Origin: Phycisphaerae bacterium
GTDB lineage: Bacteria; Planctomycetota; Phycisphaerae; UBA1845
DNA length: 64,000 bases
Reading direction: 5' to 3'
Assembly (NCBI GenBank): GCA_963666835.2
Contig: CAXXGO010000006.1
Location: 1,696,001 to 1,760,000 of the forward strand
In this document: piece by piece, positions 60,234 through 64,000 of the stretch
Position numbering within the stretch: the first letter of the stretch is position 1
Layout of the letters: each line of letters opens with the position of its first letter
Made by a program: the position numbers and the translations under genes
Notes under the pieces: model-generated
Databases searched by the model: none
Told to the model about the DNA's origin: nothing
Seen by the model: the letters and a program-made list of their open reading frames with translations, nothing else

Positions 60234-61161
60234 GCTCAGTAGTCCTCCCGAAGACCCGCCTACACGTATCCACTATCGGCATCTGCTCGCGACAGCGAAA
60301 CCTCAGATTCGATCAGGGAATTCTGAGTTTGTTGGTGCCGCCGCAACGTAACCGGCCTTTTGCCTCGTATCCTCCGAGAGTTTATCGGCCCTTTGCGCGG
60401 GAAACGGGAATGCGTCTCGAGATGGAGCCCGCGATGGTCTCGGATCAAAAAGCGTGCCCGGACCGCCGTTGGTCCGGACGGGGTGGGCTCCGCCTCTGCG
60501 AGGAAGGGTCTCGAAGTCTACCGCGCCGTCCGGCCGCCGGACCCCCTCACCACGTGCGTTGCCTTTGTGGTGAGGAGCCGGCCTTAGACGCGGTGAGAAT
60601 CCGAGTTGAGCGACATCGCCCACCCCGAACCGGTCAATCCCAACGCGACACGAGGCGTTGCCAGGATGGGCTCCCCGGGATACCCGATCCCGGCAACGTC
60701 GCACGCTCGCCAGCATCCCTGTCTTGTCCACCAGGGCGGCCTAATTCGTCGACCTGGTGTACACGGAACGCGTCAGTCGCCTCTCGGGTGACCCCAACCG
60801 CCACCCCGGAGTCAGCGGCGGTCATCCTGGTTTGCCGCAGCTCGGACTCCGTAAGGGGAGGCCTCCATCGATTGACAACACGGCGGATTGTACAGTGGAG
60901 AGATGAAAGATCAAAGTCAACTTAATAGGCTAACCTATACAGGTTAGCCTGTGTAGGTGGTCTTCTTCCGATGGGGTAGACGGGATTGCTGCCGGTCGTC
61001 TGGAGGCATGTGGCTCGTTGCCTTGCTCGTGGCGGGGGGCGACCTACAATCGCCGCGTGCCGTGCAAGTTCTACTTGCTTCGTTGCGATGCTCAGACGCG
61101 CGATTCACGTCGTGCATCCGGGGTGGGAACCAGATTGACACTGAAAGCTCGGAGGCAGCTT

Positions 61162-62928
61162 ATGTTCGTTCGATTGCCGGCCGGTCTCGGCCTTCTACTG
61201 CTCGCTCTTGGCCCGTTGCCGGCGACACTCGCAGCAGACCGAGTTGCAGCTCCGGGGTGGCTGACCAAGTCGCAATGGTACCACGTGTTGGTGCCCCGCT
61301 TCTCCGACGGAGAGCCCCTCAACGATCCGACCGGCGTTCTACCGTGGCCTTCCCTGGCTGCTAAGGATTCCGGAAAGACGCCTGCGCCTGAGGCGGCGAA
61401 AGGAGAGAAGCGATTCGGTGGCGATCTTCAAGGCCTTCAGAATCGCCTCGGGTATCTCAAGGAACTGGGTGTGGATGTTTTGTACCTCTCGCCGGTGTTC
61501 ACCGCTCCGTCCGATCTGAAGTATGACTCGGCGGACCTGCGGCACGTGGACGGGGCCTTGGCGGTTGCGAACCAACCGGGGGATGTGGGCAAGGAGACCG
61601 CGGATCCGGCAACCTGGCAGTTTACGCCGAGTGACCGCCTCTTTCTGGGTTTCATCAAGCGAGCCCACGCGCAAGGTCTTCGGGTAGTCTTGGAGATCAC
61701 AGGTACGTCGGCGAGTCGAGAATCCTGGATGTGGCGCGACGTTGTCGCCAAGGGCGAGCGATCGGAATGCTCGAGCTGGTTCGACGTAGCCGATTGGGGT
61801 CCCCCGGTTCGCGCGCAAGTGGATGGAGGGCCTTCCCACGACGGCACGGTGCCGTTTAAGCGCAACGCGACGTCACTCGCGCCAGGTGTGGAGAAGTACC
61901 TCCTGGCCGTAACGCGGCGTTGGATGGACCCGGACGGGGACGGCAATCCTGTCGATGGGGTCGACGGGTGGGTGGTTCGCAACGCGTATCGGCTGGGGCC
62001 GGAGACTCTCGCCAGGTGGCAGAAGCTCGTGAAGAAGGTCAACCCGGCCGCGGTTCTGGTGGGCGACTATCGCGGCATGTCCGGAGCTTTCGGCACTTTC
62101 GGCACGAACCAACCCTTCGATGCGGTCGTGCAGGAGGAAACCGGGGCGGCTCTTCGCCGGTTCTTTTGCGAGGAGGCGAAGAAGGGCTACACGTCCACGA
62201 ACCTGCTTGTTGATTTGGACGTTCTGTTGAAGAGCCGGCGTGCGGAGGCGGGCCCGGTGGTGATCGATTCGATCGGCGGAACGAATGTCCCGCGGCTGTG
62301 GTCGGTCATTGAAGGCGGGGCGAGGCCGACAGACGGTAAGCCCGCTGCTTCGGTTCTTAGCCGATTCCGGTTGGCGATGGTCATGCACCAACTCTGTCTG
62401 CCGATGCCGCTGACCTACTACGGCGACGAGATCGGTCTGCCGGGCGAAGCGGACGGGCGGGATCCGATGTGGTGGCAGGGGAGTCCCGCAGACGGCAGCA
62501 ACGCCTATCGCCGGGACTTAGCCGCGCTTGCGCTGCAGCTTAACAGCCTCCGCGAGCGATTCGCGCCGCTGGCGTCGGGTTCGTTTCGCAAGGTCCTTGC
62601 CGACGAGAAGCAACGGGTGCTGGCGTTTGCACGGGCTTTACCGGGTGATGAGGTCATTGTCGTAATCAACTTCGGAGATACTCCGCAGCGCGTAAAAGTG
62701 CCAACAGGGTGTCCCGGACAACTCATCGGGGTGGTTACGCCGGAGCTGACTCCCGGCCCGCCGCACCCGTTCTTCAAGAACCGCGCGGCTGCCGAACCAG
62801 CCTCGGCCATTCCGCAGTTGCGGTTAGGCGGTAATCAGCAGTATGCCGACGAATCCGGTAATCTCTCCGTGTCCCTTAAGCCCCAGACTATTCGGCTATT
62901 GCTATTGAAAGGCAAGGGCGGATCATGA
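61162..62928 (+). CDS. Exported GH13 alpha-amylase-family protein with degenerate catalytic residues
   Basis: FGGDLQG..LGYLKELGV..YLSPVF, RWMDPDGDGNP.DGVDGW, YYGDEIG; RBS GGAGG; signal peptide. Confidence 0.85.
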   Translation: MFVRLPAGLGLLLLALGPLPATLAADRVAAPGWLTKSQWYHVLVPRFSDGEPLNDPTGVLPWPSLAAKDSGKTPAPEAAKGEKRFGGDLQGLQNRLGYLKELGVDVLYLSPVFTAPSDLKYDSADLRHVDGALAVANQPGDVGKETADPATWQFTPSDRLFLGFIKRAHAQGLRVVLEITGTSASRESWMWRDVVAKGERSECSSWFDVADWGPPVRAQVDGGPSHDGTVPFKRNATSLAPGVEKYLLAVTRRWMDPDGDGNPVDGVDGWVVRNAYRLGPETLARWQKLVKKVNPAAVLVGDYRGMSGAFGTFGTNQPFDAVVQEETGAALRRFFCEEAKKGYTSTNLLVDLDVLLKSRRAEAGPVVIDSIGGTNVPRLWSVIEGGARPTDGKPAASVLSRFRLAMVMHQLCLPMPLTYYGDEIGLPGEADGRDPMWWQGSPADGSNAYRRDLAALALQLNSLRERFAPLASGSFRKVLADEKQRVLAFARALPGDEVIVVINFGDTPQRVKVPTGCPGQLIGVVTPELTPGPPHPFFKNRAAAEPASAIPQLRLGGNQQYADESGNLSVSLKPQTIRLLLLKGKGGS

Positions 62929-62945
62929 CCCGTTAGGAGATTGAG

Positions 62946-63260
62946 ATGACGCGGCGATTATCGAGGATTGCCTCAGTCGTTGCCGCCGGTCTGTCGATCG
63001 GCGCATGTGACGCGTTCCTCTTCCCGCCGGTGTTGGAATACGACTCGGAGGCGTGTGCCGCGGTAGACGCACGACTCTCGGGATGGGGGTGGGGGTTTGG
63101 TCTTGCTCTGCCCAACCCGGCGTCCTTGTATTGCGGCGAACTTGGCGGCGCGTCCGGGCAGGATAGCGTTTGCGCTCTTCCTGACGGCACAGAGCAAGAC
63201 GAATGGGATCTGTTCTGCACCGATTGCCCAACATCGGGCTGGTGTGACTGGTATGAGTAG
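62946..63260 (+). CDS. DUF333 domain lipoprotein
   Basis: LPNPASLYCGELGG..CALPDG....EWDLF; lipobox IGA-C. Confidence 0.85.
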   Translation: MTRRLSRIASVVAAGLSIGACDAFLFPPVLEYDSEACAAVDARLSGWGWGFGLALPNPASLYCGELGGASGQDSVCALPDGTEQDEWDLFCTDCPTSGWCDWYE

Positions 63261-63271
63261 GATCCGAGCGA

Positions 63272-63950
63272 GTAGGGCCCGCTCCGCGGACCGCATTTGC
63301 TCCACGGGTCAGCAATTGCTCCATGACACCCGGGTCTTACCATTTGTAGGGCATGGTCGAGGCACGAGACCTGCCACCAAGGCCGCAGTGGCCCGGCTCG
63401 GACGAAGATGTGACACGCGCGTGGCTTGCGGTATTAGCCCGCCAGGGCGACAGCTCCGCCTAGCCCGTGGCGTGAGCCGCGGGATCGAGTCGCGCATCAG
63501 CCCTAGCCCCGCCAGGGGCGGCACTTCGATAACCGCATGGGTTCCGGCCGTCGCCAACGTGTTCCCCGCATGATGTTGAATCACGGGTGTCCGATCCAGA
63601 CCTCGACGCGTTCTACCGCCCGCAAGGGGCTTGGCGCGAAGCGACCGCACGGTCCCCCAGGCTTACGCCATGGGGCTTCAGGACCTGTCGCCCCAAGGGG
63701 CTTGCCCGACGGCACGGCCGAGGCACGAAACCCCGCCGAGAGGTGTGGCATGGGCAAGCGTAGCTCTCACGCAAAGCACTTTGCCGTACGCCTGGAGACT
63801 GCGCGCGTAAGGCACGGACGCTTGCAGCTTGCCCGTGGATGCGCGTCCCCCGGGTCAACAAGTTGACCTATGACACGCGATTGTCATCCGCCGCAATGGC
63901 GCGCGTTGGGCGAAGACCACGGCAGGTCTCGTTCCTCGACCATGCCCTAC
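63272..63950. mobile_element. ~400-bp REP-bounded element, copy C (63346-63737), plus flanking REP2/REP1 copies
   Basis: Body is colinear with copies A and B; REP2 variant near 63272; REP1 (-) at 63921. Confidence 0.8.
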
Positions 63951-64000
63951 ACCCGGCTGCGACGCCCTACCTGTACGGTCGGGTGCCGGGTGGCATGGCT

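Overview
GC-rich bacterial chromosome segment, most likely Planctomycetota (Phycisphaerae-like). This is inferred from IPTL-CTERM and dockerin/Cys-rich secreted proteins and CxxC-YDLRG-CPECG membrane proteins. Housekeeping and metabolic genes include glgP, acetoacetate-CoA ligase, dprA, tRNA-Lys, cysC, apt, rtcA, hutI, two phosphofructokinases and pckA. The intergenic spaces are packed with GTAG-type REP palindromes, about 36 near-complete copies of one family by manual count, arranged as tandem arrays and as a dispersed ~400-bp element. Main findings: (1) a complete IS110/IS1111-type element (31583-33399) inserted into a REP, with a reconstructable circle-junction promoter and a candidate bridge/seek RNA whose loops match both the REP target and the donor junction; (2) an IS1182 element inserted into the loop of another palindrome, with a TTTA duplication; (3) a REP-flanked 3-kb island with a Cys-rich bacteriocin-like gene split at a poly-C tract, followed by a possible immunity gene; (4) a head-to-head rtcB/rtcR deletion scar next to a UPF0489-like gene and rtcA; (5) an FHA-rhomboid fusion and two apparent pseudoenzymes (GH13 and transglutaminase-like). 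All calls come from reading motifs by eye; no database searches were run.
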